Shown: positions 21,321 through 32,329, counted from the stretch's first letter. The stretch: 64,000 bases of DNA from an uncultured Methanoregulaceae archaeon (GCA_963701095.1 OY969564.1:1568001-1632000); one strand, 5' to 3'. The notes: generated by a model from the letters alone, not told the origin. Translations and numbers: made by a program.

Positions 21321-21707
21321 GCCGATGCTCCTGAAAGACGCAATTCTTTACTAAGGGGATTTCTCTGGTACCTTTTTTGCATATGTGGGGATAAGGGCTT
21401 CCTTTTTCAAGATGACTCGTTCCTGGTGACTAAAGAAACTATATATGTATCTTCTGGGGTATACTCCAGTGATAATCTCCTCCGGGGCAGGCAGACAATG
21501 GTGCAGGATCTCCTAAGAACTATCCGTGCATTGCAGAATACGGCAATCGGGAACTGCAGGGAACGCATAGAGAAGGCAGCACAAAAACCAAAGACGAGCA
21601 TCGACAACGATGCAGCAGAAACGGGTACACGGGCCAACCATGAAAAGCCCATGCACGGAGTGACTTCAATACTCAAAGATAAACACGGGCTCTGAGGAGG
21701 TATTTGT

Positions 21708-22028
21708 ATGGATACAGAAAAAACACTGTTACAGCAGATACGGGACAAGGAGCAGGAGTTCAAAAAGAGAATCGATACGGCGAGGGCAGATACAGCGGCC
21801 ATGGTTACTGCAGCAAAAACCGAAGCTGCTGAACTGCTCTGCACGGCCGACGAAACGGGAAAGAAGCATGCAGAACAAGTGTACTGGAATGTCCGGGGAA
21901 AGACGGCAATCGAGATCGAAACCCTGAATAAAAATGCCGAACTCGATCGTTTAATCTCTTTAGAAAGAGGAGAGAGAAATGTCCCTGCCGCAGTGGAAAA
22001 AATCGTCAGCTACATAACCATGGAGTAA
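21708..22028 (+). CDS. atpH: A/V-type ATP synthase subunit H (G-like peripheral stalk)
   Basis: 106 aa coiled-coil (LQQIRDKEQE...A...A); strong GAGGAGG RBS; directly upstream of subunit I. Confidence 0.7.
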   Translation: MDTEKTLLQQIRDKEQEFKKRIDTARADTAAMVTAAKTEAAELLCTADETGKKHAEQVYWNVRGKTAIEIETLNKNAELDRLISLERGERNVPAAVEKIVSYITME

Positions 22029-22056
22029 TGTAAGCGATCTCCAGCGGAGAGGTGCT

Positions 22057-23985
22057 ATGCTCCAGGTAATGAAACGCATTCAGGTAATCGGGCCAAAAGC
22101 GGATCTAGATCGTGCTGTCGATCTATTATACGAGGCCGGGACCCTTCATATCGAGAATGCACTGGACCGTATCGGAAAAGACGAGATCCAACTTACCGGT
22201 GTCCGGCAGGATGAAGCTGATGAAATCGCCGGCGTCCTTGGCACAATAAATGCGATATTTTCAACACTTCCTGCCATTGCCGACGACTCCGAAGCCCAGA
22301 ACCGTTTCCGTTCCTCTTTTGAACGAAAAACTCCCAATAAGCTGGTTGCCCGCGCCCGATCTATCATTAATTCCCTTGAAACAACGACTCGTGACCTAGC
22401 AGCGAAGAAAACTGAGCTCGCACTATCGATTTCAAACCTGAACCGGTACGAAAAAGTACTCGATATTATCCATCCAGTGGAAAAAGAACTACCCGCGCTT
22501 GAAGGGTTTGAAGTGACGATCCTCCTGATCCAGGAAGAACATAAGGACGTAATCGAGCTGATAAAAAACGAAATTAACTCTATCACCGGCAACCGGTTCG
22601 AAATGATCGCGACAACGGTCGATGCCGAAACTCTCGCCGCAATTATGGTCTTTCCCAAAAAATACTCTGAGGAAATCCATTCGTTTATCTATTCCGTGAA
22701 TGTGAACGAGGTACGGCTCCCAAGCGAATTTGCCGGCAGGCCTTTTTATGAGATGTATGCCCTGATTGGGGAGAAACGACTCCGGGCTCAGGAAGAAATT
22801 ACCCACATCGACCAGAAGTTGCTCATTCTTTCAAACAACTGGTACCAAGAACTTGTCGTATTGAAAAACCACCTAAGCCGGATAAATGACGAGATCAGTA
22901 TGTACCGGAATTTTGGGATATCGGATTACGTTTTCGTAATTATGGGCTGGGTCCCTAAAAAATACCTTGAAAAAACCCGGAAAATGATACATGACAAGCT
23001 TTCAGGCCGGGTAGTTATCCGCGAACTCCAGGTGACAGAAAAAGACTTTGATGATGCACCGGTTTATTATGATAATCCCCCATGGATCAAGCCGTTCGAG
23101 TTTATCATGCAGATTGTATCGCTTCCGCGGTACCGTGAGATCGACCCCACGCCAATCCTTGCTATTTTCTTCCCTCTCTTTTTCGGGTTCATGGTGGGAG
23201 ATATCGGATACGGCCTTATTATCCTCGCCTTTGGTTTGGCAATCCGGTACCGGTTCAAGGAGGTCGGGTTTGCAAAGAACCTGGCGAGCATCCTGGTTAT
23301 CTCCTCTATCCCGGCTATTATTTTCGGCTTTTTTTTCGGCGAGTTCTTCGGAGACTTCGGGGAAAGAATGGGATGGCTTGCACCAGTCCAGTTTTTGGGC
23401 ATCACTTGGAACCGCGTGGATGCAATGATCCCTTTACTCATTATTGCGATCACTATTGGTGTCATCCATGTTTTCCTAGGGCTTTTTATCGGCATTAGGA
23501 ATGCGATCATCACAAAGAAACGCAAACATCTGTATGAGAAGATCGGTATGCTTCTGATGATGACCGCAATAATTGTTCTTGTAGCAATGTTCGCTAAAAT
23601 TATGCCTTCTTATTCTGTATATCCGGCGGCTGCCTTTATCCTACTCGGTCTTCCCCTAATCCTGATAGGTGCCGGGGTTTTTGGCACTATAGAAGTGATG
23701 AGCACGGTCGGAAACATCCTTTCGTATTCACGGCTTATGGCGATAGGAATGGCGTCGGTAATCCTCGCTATGGTTGCAAACCGGCTCAGCGGTGCGTTTG
23801 CGTTTGCGATTGTTGGCATTATTGTGGCCCTTTTACTGCATGCACTTAATGTCGTGCTCGCTATGTTCTCCCCATCGATTCATGCGGTACGTCTCCACCT
23901 TGTCGAATTTTTCTCAAAGTTTTATGAAGGAGGCGGGATACCATACAGGCCTTTCAAAAGGGAAATGCCACAAAAGGAACGGTAA
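22057..23985 (+). CDS. atpI: A/V-type ATP synthase subunit I (a)
   Basis: PRYREIDPT, FFGFMVGDIGYG, LSYSRLMAIG, IHAVRLHLVEFFSKFYEGGG. Confidence 0.95.
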   Translation: MLQVMKRIQVIGPKADLDRAVDLLYEAGTLHIENALDRIGKDEIQLTGVRQDEADEIAGVLGTINAIFSTLPAIADDSEAQNRFRSSFERKTPNKLVARARSIINSLETTTRDLAAKKTELALSISNLNRYEKVLDIIHPVEKELPALEGFEVTILLIQEEHKDVIELIKNEINSITGNRFEMIATTVDAETLAAIMVFPKKYSEEIHSFIYSVNVNEVRLPSEFAGRPFYEMYALIGEKRLRAQEEITHIDQKLLILSNNWYQELVVLKNHLSRINDEISMYRNFGISDYVFVIMGWVPKKYLEKTRKMIHDKLSGRVVIRELQVTEKDFDDAPVYYDNPPWIKPFEFIMQIVSLPRYREIDPTPILAIFFPLFFGFMVGDIGYGLIILAFGLAIRYRFKEVGFAKNLASILVISSIPAIIFGFFFGEFFGDFGERMGWLAPVQFLGITWNRVDAMIPLLIIAITIGVIHVFLGLFIGIRNAIITKKRKHLYEKIGMLLMMTAIIVLVAMFAKIMPSYSVYPAAAFILLGLPLILIGAGVFGTIEVMSTVGNILSYSRLMAIGMASVILAMVANRLSGAFAFAIVGIIVALLLHALNVVLAMFSPSIHAVRLHLVEFFSKFYEGGGIPYRPFKREMPQKER

Positions 23986-24032
23986 ATCCCACGAAATGAA
24001 AAGACGCATGAATATGACTAACGATTTGCGAA

Positions 24033-24701
24033 TTATCTATTGAGATCCATTCTTTTCTTATCCTGCACCTTGCGTCTCTTCTTTTCCATTATGCTTTTAA
24101 CTTTCTTGAGCCGAAACAGATCCTCCCGTTCCCGTTCATCAATTGCATTTTGTATGTACTTTGCCTGGGTCTTCAGTTCCGGGATCAGGATCTGCTCAAG
24201 CGCATTTACCCGGCGCCGGTTCATCTGGATCTCGGCCCCGAGTCGACGCATAGCTGTTTCGATCTCTGCAAGTTTGATAAGAAGATCCAATTCCAGCTCG
24301 TACCGCTCTGCAGTCTCATCAATCCTTGCGCTGGTAGTAATGATACCATAACCCCGCTCCAGCATATTTTTGGAAACACGTTTCTTCTCGATCACCGGGA
24401 CCGGTACACCCATAATATTCTTTCCGCTAATATCTACGGTAATCGAACGCCGGGTGGCAAAAGAGGCCGATCGGAGTGTAACCGGATCGTCAACGGCTTC
24501 AGCAAGCATCAGGGAGAGGTCGGCTGCCTGTGAAACCTGCTCCAGCTCGTCACGGGTATCTGATACGGTACCAAGAATCTTAAAAAACTCTTGGATGAGG
24601 GCATCCATCTTCTGGCGCAACAGATCACGCCCCTGCTCTGCAAGCTTGATCTGGGCCTTCATCTTCATGAGTTCCATCCGCGTTGGCCTGACCTGTTCCA
24701 T
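24033..24701 (-). CDS. atpD: A/V-type ATP synthase subunit D
   Basis: PTRMEL, NIMGVPVP, RRRVNALE..LIP. Confidence 0.95.
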   Translation of the reverse strand: MEQVRPTRMELMKMKAQIKLAEQGRDLLRQKMDALIQEFFKILGTVSDTRDELEQVSQAADLSLMLAEAVDDPVTLRSASFATRRSITVDISGKNIMGVPVPVIEKKRVSKNMLERGYGIITTSARIDETAERYELELDLLIKLAEIETAMRRLGAEIQMNRRRVNALEQILIPELKTQAKYIQNAIDEREREDLFRLKKVKSIMEKKRRKVQDKKRMDLNR

Positions 24702-24729
24702 AATCGTTTTTCAGCTCCTTTATTATTCG

Positions 24730-26128
24730 TCAATCCTTCCGTGCAGCCGGGTGATATTTCTGGATATAATCCTTTTTTATCCGCTTGAGCTCATCCTCCG
24801 GTAGGGCACTGAAGAGATCCCAAGCTATAGAGAGCGTTTTTTCAATGGACCGGTCCTCGTCACCTTGGGTAATAAACTGCAACTCGAAGGCATCCGCGAA
24901 TTTCAGGTAATTCCGGTCGAGGTCTGTTAGTGCCTCTTCTCCGACAATAGCAACAAGCCTGCGCAGGTCACGTCCGTACGCATAGCTAGCGTAGAGCTGA
25001 TCTGCCACACCGCGGTGATCCTCACGGGTTTTGCCCGGGCCAATCCCGAGGTTCATGAGCCGGGAAAGGCAGGGAAGAGCATCGACCGGCGGATCGCCAC
25101 CTCGACGGAAAATGTCCCGCGAAAGGACAATCTGGCCTTCAGTGATATAACCGGTCAAATCGGGTACCGGGTGGGTAATGTCGTCATCAGGCATGGTCAG
25201 GATCGGGATCTGGGTGATTGAACCGGACCTGCCTTTCAGCCTTCCGGCCCGCTCATAAATAGAGGCAAGGTCCGTGTACATATAGCCGGGATACCCGCGG
25301 CGACCGGGCACCTCCTCCCGGGCAGTCGAGATTTCACGCAGCGCTTCACAATAGTTGATCATATCGGTAAGGATCACCAGAACGTGGAGGTTGTGGGTAA
25401 ACGCAAGGAACTCGGCTACTGTGAGACCGCACCGTGGGGCTGCAAGGCGCTCAACGGTCGGGTCATCAGCAAGGTTCATAAAAAAAACCACCCGATCCAG
25501 CGCGCCGGTACGCTCGAAGTCCTGCATAAAAAACGAGGCCTCCTTATGGGTGATGCCCATGGCAACGAAAACGACGGCAAACTGCTCGTTTTCGCCAAGG
25601 ACTTTTGCCTGACGGGCGATCTGGGCGGCTCAGCTTGCTTGCCGGAAGGCCTGAACCAGAGAAGATTGGCAGCTTCTGCCCACGAACAAGCGTATTAAGA
25701 CCATCGATTGCAGACACACCGGTCTGGATAAAATCGGCAGGTTTGTCACGTGCGGAGGGGTTAATCGGCATTCCGGCAATATCCAGAACAGCCTCCGGAA
25801 TGATGGATGGGGCCCCATCCCGGGCTGTTCCTACACCGGAGAAGATGCGACCCAGCATATCTTTGGAGACTTGGATCCGGGCAGGTTCCCCAGTGAACCG
25901 GACAGTCGTGCCGAGAAGATCTATCCCTCGCGTACCTTCATAGACCTGAATAACAGCATGGTCCTCCGAGATGTCAAGTACCTGGCCGCTTCGTTCTTCA
26001 CCGTCAGGAAGAGTGATCTTCACGATCTCACCAAAGGACGCTCCCTTTACACCGGTAACAAAGATCAGGGGACCTGACACATATCCTATAGTACGGTATT
26101 CTCTGGTCAGCAGTGCTGTATCTTTCAT
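24730..26128 (-). CDS. atpB: A/V-type ATP synthase subunit B; one extra base near 25630
   Basis: [68 protein letters not shown]. Confidence 0.93.
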
Positions 26129-27863
26129 TTCTCTACCACCAGCCCTGTCATACGGTCATTGATCTCTCCTATTATACCTCGGAGTGTCTCAATTTCTGCT
26201 ACCTCTTTCATCCTTCCGATAACTGCCCGTAACGGGAGTTCCTGGATCTGACGCAAGCTAATCCCCCGGTTCATTGCAAGGTTCACCTGCTCGTAATATG
26301 CCATGATCACTTTAAGCATCAGATATTGCTTTTCTATAGGGCAGAACGAATCGGTCTCGCTGTAAGCGCTTTGTTGGAGGAAATCCTCGCGAATCATGCG
26401 TGTTGCTTCGAGGATCGCTTTCTCGCTGTCGGGAAGTGCATCAGGCCCCACCAGCTGAACGATCTCCTGCAGTTCCACTTCTTTCTGGAGCAGGTAAATT
26501 GCCTTATCCCGAAGTTCCCGCCAGTCACTGGCAATTTTTTGGCTGTACCATCCAGCAATGGAATCAAGGTAAAGTGAATAACTTTTTATCCAGTTCACGG
26601 AAGGGAAATGTCGGCGGTAGGCAAGATTTGTATCCAGCGCCCAGAATGTTCCCACAACCCGTAATGTATTCTGGGTGATGGGTTCGGAGAAATCTCCCCC
26701 AGGCGGCGATACCGCCCCGACTACAGTAACCGACCCGGTTCGCTCCTTGGCACTGAGGCAGGTGACCCGTCCGGCCCGTTCGTAGAATGCTGCAAGGCGG
26801 GTTGCAAGATAAGCAGGATAGCCCTCTTCTCCTGGCATCTCTTCGAGCCTACCCGAGACTTCCCGGAGTGCCTCCCCCCACCGGGATGTTGAATCAGCCA
26901 TCAGGGCCACATCGTATCCCATATCACGGAAGTATTCAGCAATAGTGATACCGGTGTATATCGAGGCCTCACGGGCAGCCACGGGCATATTGGAAGTATT
27001 TGCAATAAGGACCGTCCGCTGGATCAGAGGGAGATTTGTCCGGGGATCAACCAGTTCGGGGAATTCAGCAAGAACGTCGGTCATCTCGTTTCCCCGCTCT
27101 CCGCATCCAATATAGACGACAATCTGGGTGTCCGACCATTTGGCAAGAGTCTGCTCGGAAACTGTTTTTCCAGTCCCAAAGCCCCCTGGAATCATCGCAG
27201 TCCCCCCCTTCGTTACCGGGAACATACAGTCAAAAACCCGTTGTCCCGTAATCAAGGGGAGTACCGGATCCAGTTTCTTTCCAATAGGCCGGGGGATCCG
27301 CACCGGCCAAGACTGCATCAGGGAGAGTTGAACCCTTCCATCAAGAATACAAACGGTCTCGTTGACAGAAAAGGCACCACCGCTTATTTCCGTGACCGTT
27401 CCGGAAATTTTTGGTGGAACGAGAACTCTGTGCTCAAACTGGAACTCCGCGACGGTCCCAATAATATCTCCTGGTAAAAGAGGGTCGCCAACTTTAACTA
27501 CCGGAACAAATTCCCATTTTTTCTCCCGGTCAAGGCCAGGTGCTGTGATACCTCTACCGATAAAATCCCCGCTTTTTTTTAGGAGAACCGGAAGCGGACG
27601 CTGGACGCCATCATAGATTGACGAGAGGAGACCCGGACCCAGTTCTACTGAAAGCGGGGATCCGGTATTTTCCACACACTCGCCTAACGTAAGACCGGTG
27701 GTATCTTCATATACCTGAATAACCGACTCGTCGCCTTCGAGCCGGATGATTTCGCCGCGGAGCGCCTCGGGTCCGACGTTTACTACATCGTACATCTTGG
27801 AGCCGATCATGTTTTTTGCAATAATAACCGGGCCCAAATCCGGGAAATCGTTCCTTTAATCAC
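26125..27863 (-). CDS. atpA: A/V-type ATP synthase subunit A; one base missing near 27836
   Basis: GTG start [13 protein letters not shown] after correction; Walker [31 protein letters not shown]. Confidence 0.93.
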
Positions 27864-27867
27864 ATTA

Positions 27868-28188
27868 TCACCTCTTTAAAACAATGTTGTACCCAATCGC
27901 CTTACGGAGCAGCCGTTCGATGTATGTCCGGCGGTCCAATTCTTTTTTCTTGGCGGGGATTGGGATAATAAGAGGGCGATGCATTTTCTCGATCCGGTCC
28001 ATAAGTTTTTCATCGAGTGAGAGCATGTACTCCTCGTTGACAGCGACGATCCCTATGTCATCCTTGTGAAGAAGGGGAGGTATGGCAATCTTTGCCTCTT
28101 CCACGTCCCGTACTTCGACAACCTCTGCTCCGGCAAGCCGGAAACCCGATGCCCGGTCGGTGTCAGTAACGATTACAAATTTATACAT
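27868..28188 (-). CDS. atpF: A/V-type ATP synthase subunit F
   Basis: VIVTDTDRASGFRLAG...LLRKAIG; start ATG 28188 overlaps the atpC stop. Confidence 0.9.
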   Translation of the reverse strand: MYKFVIVTDTDRASGFRLAGAEVVEVRDVEEAKIAIPPLLHKDDIGIVAVNEEYMLSLDEKLMDRIEKMHRPLIIPIPAKKKELDRRTYIERLLRKAIGYNIVLKR

Positions 28189-29239
28189 ACACCAACTCCT
28201 CACGCAGGCTTTCGATCGGGAAATCTGCCGTTTTACAGCGGGAAATAACCCGAACATTAGTGATCTCGTTATACTTTGCCCAGAAATAGCCGATTAGGGA
28301 TGAAACACTCAGTGGCTCACCGGAAAATGACCCAGTACCCTGCTTTACAAGGTACCGTTCCAGCTCTTTTTCGACCACTGAAATTTTCTGGGCTTTAACC
28401 TCAGCTTCAGGAACAGACGAGAGAAACTTGTACCGGGAGACAGCCATTGCTACAAGGGCATCATCAATTGTATGCAAAGAAAGCAGAGCCGTGAGTTTTT
28501 TGATATCGAATTCCAGCCCGCCAGGTATAAGAAACTGAGAAGCCTCTCCGGGATCAACGTGGTCCCTGATCATCCGCAGAACCGTCTTGATATTGACGGT
28601 GTCTATCTCAATAGTAAGAACTCGGCGGATTATCGTTTTATTAATATCAGAACCCAGAACCGAACCGAGCGCTTTCTCGTAATAATACCGGTCAAGCGAA
28701 CATTCAAGCCTGCCAAGATCGCCTGTCCGTGCAAAATCCGGGAATGCCTGAGTAAGAGGTCTGGCCCAGGGGATACGCCATGTTGCGAGCAGATCGATTA
28801 CCGTCTTTGGATCCGGCTGTCGGACGAGCTCATTGAGGATAGATTCATCAAGTTCGCCTGCTGGTATGAGACAATCAAGGATTTCCTCGTTTGTTGCGTG
28901 GATATTCTTACCACGGAGAATCGTCTTGATGTTCTGTATGTCCCACCGGTGAAGAAAAATTGTAATGTAGCGTTCAGCTTCCTCGATTTTGGCAAACATC
29001 AGAATCTTCCGGAACGTCCGGACAAAATTTTTTCGCAGAGCGTATTCGATGCAGGCCACGCCAGTATACTTTCCCCGGCTTTCAATAATATCATCACGGT
29101 AAGGGGTTTTTTCAAGCTCGCCGATAAGGGAGTCGATATCGGGCTGGAGAATCAGGTTATCGAGCGTATGGTGATCCAAGAGACGGCTCTTCATTCCCCG
29201 CATACGGGCATTAATATATCCCCAGTCCATCTCAATCAC
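28181..29239 (-). CDS. atpC: A/V-type ATP synthase subunit C
   Basis: YINARMRGMKSRLL, WDIQNIKTILRG, EIDTVNIKT.LR. Confidence 0.92.
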   Translation of the reverse strand: MIEMDWGYINARMRGMKSRLLDHHTLDNLILQPDIDSLIGELEKTPYRDDIIESRGKYTGVACIEYALRKNFVRTFRKILMFAKIEEAERYITIFLHRWDIQNIKTILRGKNIHATNEEILDCLIPAGELDESILNELVRQPDPKTVIDLLATWRIPWARPLTQAFPDFARTGDLGRLECSLDRYYYEKALGSVLGSDINKTIIRRVLTIEIDTVNIKTVLRMIRDHVDPGEASQFLIPGGLEFDIKKLTALLSLHTIDDALVAMAVSRYKFLSSVPEAEVKAQKISVVEKELERYLVKQGTGSFSGEPLSVSSLIGYFWAKYNEITNVRVISRCKTADFPIESLREELVYV

Positions 29240-29817
29240 CCAAAGAGTGTAGCATAGATCTCACGTCTCTTGTGTTCCCTTACCCTTTCGAGCCGGGATT
29301 CGATCGTGTTGGAAATGGTGATTTTCCCGTCCGGTGAGCTTGCAGTCAAGCCGCCAATGCAATCGAGGTCGGGACGGATCTCATATGATTTTTTCATCAT
29401 CTCCAGGGTTTTTTTACAGAGATCAATATCCTGGGGATTGACATGGATAACAACCATGCCTCCCTCCATAGAACCAATAGTCTCTTCACAGAGGTGCTTG
29501 AAGACAGAGGGATACTTTTCGTCTTGTCGAAGTGAATTGAGTCGCTTTCCTGCATGTTCAAATGATGTTTCGAACATCTTTTCCTTTGCAACGAGCGCCT
29601 GCTCCTTGATTTTGCCTTTCGCCAAGTACAACTGTTTATTCCGCTCTATACCAGCAGCGTTTTCGGCTTCCTTTACGATACGTTCTTCGACTTCTTTTGC
29701 CAGTTTCCTTGCCTCTCGCCGGATCTCATCAACCTGTTTTTGGACATTTTGCCGGAGCTCACGCTCTTTTTCCTCGGCACTTTCCTCGACGGATTTTAAA
29801 AGAGCTTCATAGGCCAT
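29236..29817 (-). CDS. atpE: A/V-type ATP synthase subunit E
   Basis: N-terminal coiled coil; IGG...DGKITISNTIESRL; ends LFG. Confidence 0.9.
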   Translation of the reverse strand: MAYEALLKSVEESAEEKERELRQNVQKQVDEIRREARKLAKEVEERIVKEAENAAGIERNKQLYLAKGKIKEQALVAKEKMFETSFEHAGKRLNSLRQDEKYPSVFKHLCEETIGSMEGGMVVIHVNPQDIDLCKKTLEMMKKSYEIRPDLDCIGGLTASSPDGKITISNTIESRLERVREHKRREIYATLFG

Positions 29818-29948
29818 GGCAACATCGACCCTGTAGTCTTCTGCTTCCAGTCAACCACCATCAGCCTCAGACATCCTGTCCAGACCGTGTAAAGAAGAAT
29901 TATGATCAGGAGATGGAGTTTCCTGTGCGTGCGCTATTGCCACCCGGT

Positions 29949-30167
29949 TTACGTAACCATTAGTATTATCATTGCGGCTACGACAAAGCCAAGGATGACA
30001 AGTGTTTCGGGTATGGCTTCGAGTATGATGATTGATCCCACTACTTCAGGCCGCTCAGCAATTGCTCCCGCTCCAGCAGCCCCAATCCTGGACTGAGCCA
30101 AACCGGTACCTATTGCCCCACCGGTAAATGCAATCGCAGCTCCAATCGGGACTTCCCAACCAACCAT
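29949..30167 (-). CDS. atpK: A/V-type ATP synthase subunit K (c), single hairpin
   Basis: 72 aa; AQSRIGAAGAGAIAERPE...EAIPETL. Confidence 0.92.
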   Translation of the reverse strand: MVGWEVPIGAAIAFTGGAIGTGLAQSRIGAAGAGAIAERPEVVGSIIILEAIPETLVILGFVVAAMIILMVT

Positions 30168-30274
30168 TATAATACCTCCACTGATAGTATCCTACAGATT
30201 GCTGATATATTAAGTTATTGCGCAATTCTTCTAGAAAGTACTTCCTTCAGTTAATATCCTGTCTCCGGCGAGGA

Positions 30275-30601
30275 TTATTGTTTCTGGGAAAGGATTGCAT
30301 CCATTTTTTCCACGGAGGGGCCGGATAATGTATGTTCTGTCATTCCTGCACTGAGTGCAAGGAGATCGCGTATGTCCTGATGAGTAAGCGTCGAGAAGGT
30401 ATACTTTTCCCATTTCTTGCGTTCAAGACGCCCCCAGAGCTCTCCAAGTATCTTCCGAAGCAACATGCAGTCGGAGCCACACAAATCCGGCCAATTAACT
30501 GCTGAACTGTGCCGTATCTTCTCTATAGCTTCTTCAACAGCTTGCTCTTTTCTGAGCTGGAATCTCCGACGGCCCAGCTCATCATTGCTCGTGCGGGTCA
30601 T
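30275..30601 (-). CDS. Hypothetical protein, paralogue of 30761-31090
   Basis: Gap-free alignment with the neighbouring divergent ORF. Confidence 0.75.
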   Translation of the reverse strand: MTRTSNDELGRRRFQLRKEQAVEEAIEKIRHSSAVNWPDLCGSDCMLLRKILGELWGRLERKKWEKYTFSTLTHQDIRDLLALSAGMTEHTLSGPSVEKMDAILSQKQ

Positions 30602-30760
30602 AAATAGGGTGTATCGGAATTATTTCTTTGATATAATAGGTTTTTTCATTACCGGGAACTTCCAGCAGTTTTCTTTTAAATTTTCCTGTCGACTACCGCA
30701 AAGTTTATTGGGGCATAACGGGATTCACTCATCATCCCCTCATGGGGTGGGAGGAAATGT

Positions 30761-31090
30761 ATGCCGGAAGCAACCCAGGCCGAGGTGGGAAGGCGGCTGT
30801 ACCACGTCCACCGTGAAAAGAAAGTCGAACGATCAATTAAAATGATGCAGCAGGGAAAGAAATCTGAATGGAAGTTATTTTCTGAAGATGAAATACGGCT
30901 TTTGTCTCACCTTATGCAGTGCACATGGAATGTTATCGATCAGGATCTCTGGGAGAAGATCCCTTTTAGCAGCATAACCATAAGTGAAGTCCGGGAGATT
31001 CTTTCATATGGGGAAGGAATCAAGCCAGGACGGAACCCAACATCGGAATCCGTTGACAATATCAAAAAAATTCTGCTCGGACTCTCCTGA
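30761..31090 (+). CDS. Hypothetical protein, paralogue of 30275-30601
   Basis: GGGAGG RBS; shares E8, GRR, W37, W56, WEK and FS with its neighbour. Confidence 0.8.
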   Translation: MPEATQAEVGRRLYHVHREKKVERSIKMMQQGKKSEWKLFSEDEIRLLSHLMQCTWNVIDQDLWEKIPFSSITISEVREILSYGEGIKPGRNPTSESVDNIKKILLGLS

Positions 31091-31160
31091 ATCCCTCTTT
31101 TTTTAAAGATTTCCCATCGCCCGGATCTAGATGCCTTGCCGGTAAGGTATCAGGAAAATA

Positions 31161-32324
31161 TTATTCGGTTGCTACCCGGATACAATCGGCAATCGTGCCG
31201 ATCCGGGCTTGTCCACCGCACATGTTAGGTACGTAGGCGAGTGCTTTTCCGGAGTTACCCATAATTGAATGGTACTGCTCCATTGCAGGTGAAACAACCA
31301 TGCAGGTATCAGCATAAACCTTGGCACCGCTCTTTTCAATGGATTCGACAGCTGCTTTATTCCGTACAATAACACCCTGCGCTGCAAAAACATAGAGGGG
31401 TTTTTTCACGACTTTGCCAGAAAGAAGCCGGGCGATTTCTGCCAGTTCTTCTGGAGAGCAATGAGGGCAGCCGACTGCAACTGCCTCTACCGGGATTTCC
31501 TTAAACAGGCATGAAATATCTTTTGTTTCGACCGTAATAATCTCGAGGCCAGATAGGTCGTATTGTATTTTTTGTGATTCAGCGGTAATACCCTCCACAT
31601 GATAAAGTGCGACTGCACCAGTCGCAGCCATCGCAGCGCCAAGAGCCTTAAGCTGGTCAGGATCCGGCTTGATTCCGCGGAAGAATGGAACCCTGTTTCC
31701 GACAAATTTTCCTGTATGAAATCCCAGCGCTCCGAAATCAGCGATAGACCAAGAGGAGGCATCGGCGTGAACATCAATTACCAGCTGCGGTTTGCGGTTT
31801 TTGGCCAGATGCAAACCGTAGCAGGGTGTTTTTCCGACGAGCGCTGCGGCAAGGGCACTCGGTCCCCCTTCCCGGTTTGTCCGCGCTCCGATCACTGAGT
31901 TCGCGTAACTGACTGCCGACGACTCAGACCATGCCAGATGATCACCATACCTGGTTTCGTACAGGTAATATGGCGTGCAAGTGCATTCGAGCTGGATGCC
32001 TAGCCGTTCATATGCGGCTATAACGTCCTGTTGCTTCTTTGCAAAATCGGGATTAATGCCCATTTCCTGCCACCTGCTCCGTGGCATACCAATAGGGTTG
32101 AGTACTGCCGGGACAACTGCTTTTGCGTTTAGACTGCTAAGCCAGTCAAGGCCATATTTACCGATCGTTTTATAGGAAGCCCCGCTAACTTGGGCACTTC
32201 TGATTGGAACCAGTCGCTCTGCGCCAAAAACTTTTCCGAGCGCAACAAGCAGCTCGAGCATCTTCCGCCGGGTCTCGCCCTGCTCACCGGCAAGGATCTG
32301 CTCGTCTTCCGGATCAAGCTCCAT
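31161..32324 (-). CDS. Aconitase X catalytic subunit (phosphomevalonate dehydratase large subunit)
   Basis: SGASYKTIG, CTCTPY, WSESSA, GARTNREGGP, GCPH, DTCMVV, NSGKA. Confidence 0.9.
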   Translation of the reverse strand: MELDPEDEQILAGEQGETRRKMLELLVALGKVFGAERLVPIRSAQVSGASYKTIGKYGLDWLSSLNAKAVVPAVLNPIGMPRSRWQEMGINPDFAKKQQDVIAAYERLGIQLECTCTPYYLYETRYGDHLAWSESSAVSYANSVIGARTNREGGPSALAAALVGKTPCYGLHLAKNRKPQLVIDVHADASSWSIADFGALGFHTGKFVGNRVPFFRGIKPDPDQLKALGAAMAATGAVALYHVEGITAESQKIQYDLSGLEIITVETKDISCLFKEIPVEAVAVGCPHCSPEELAEIARLLSGKVVKKPLYVFAAQGVIVRNKAAVESIEKSGAKVYADTCMVVSPAMEQYHSIMGNSGKALAYVPNMCGGQARIGTIADCIRVATE

Positions 32325-32329
32325 GCGGC

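Noticed and set aside
28472..29812. Long plus-strand ORFs (261 and 180 aa) opposite atpC/atpE, and similar antisense ORFs elsewhere
   Set aside because: Fully overlap well-supported genes on the other strand and carry no recognisable motifs
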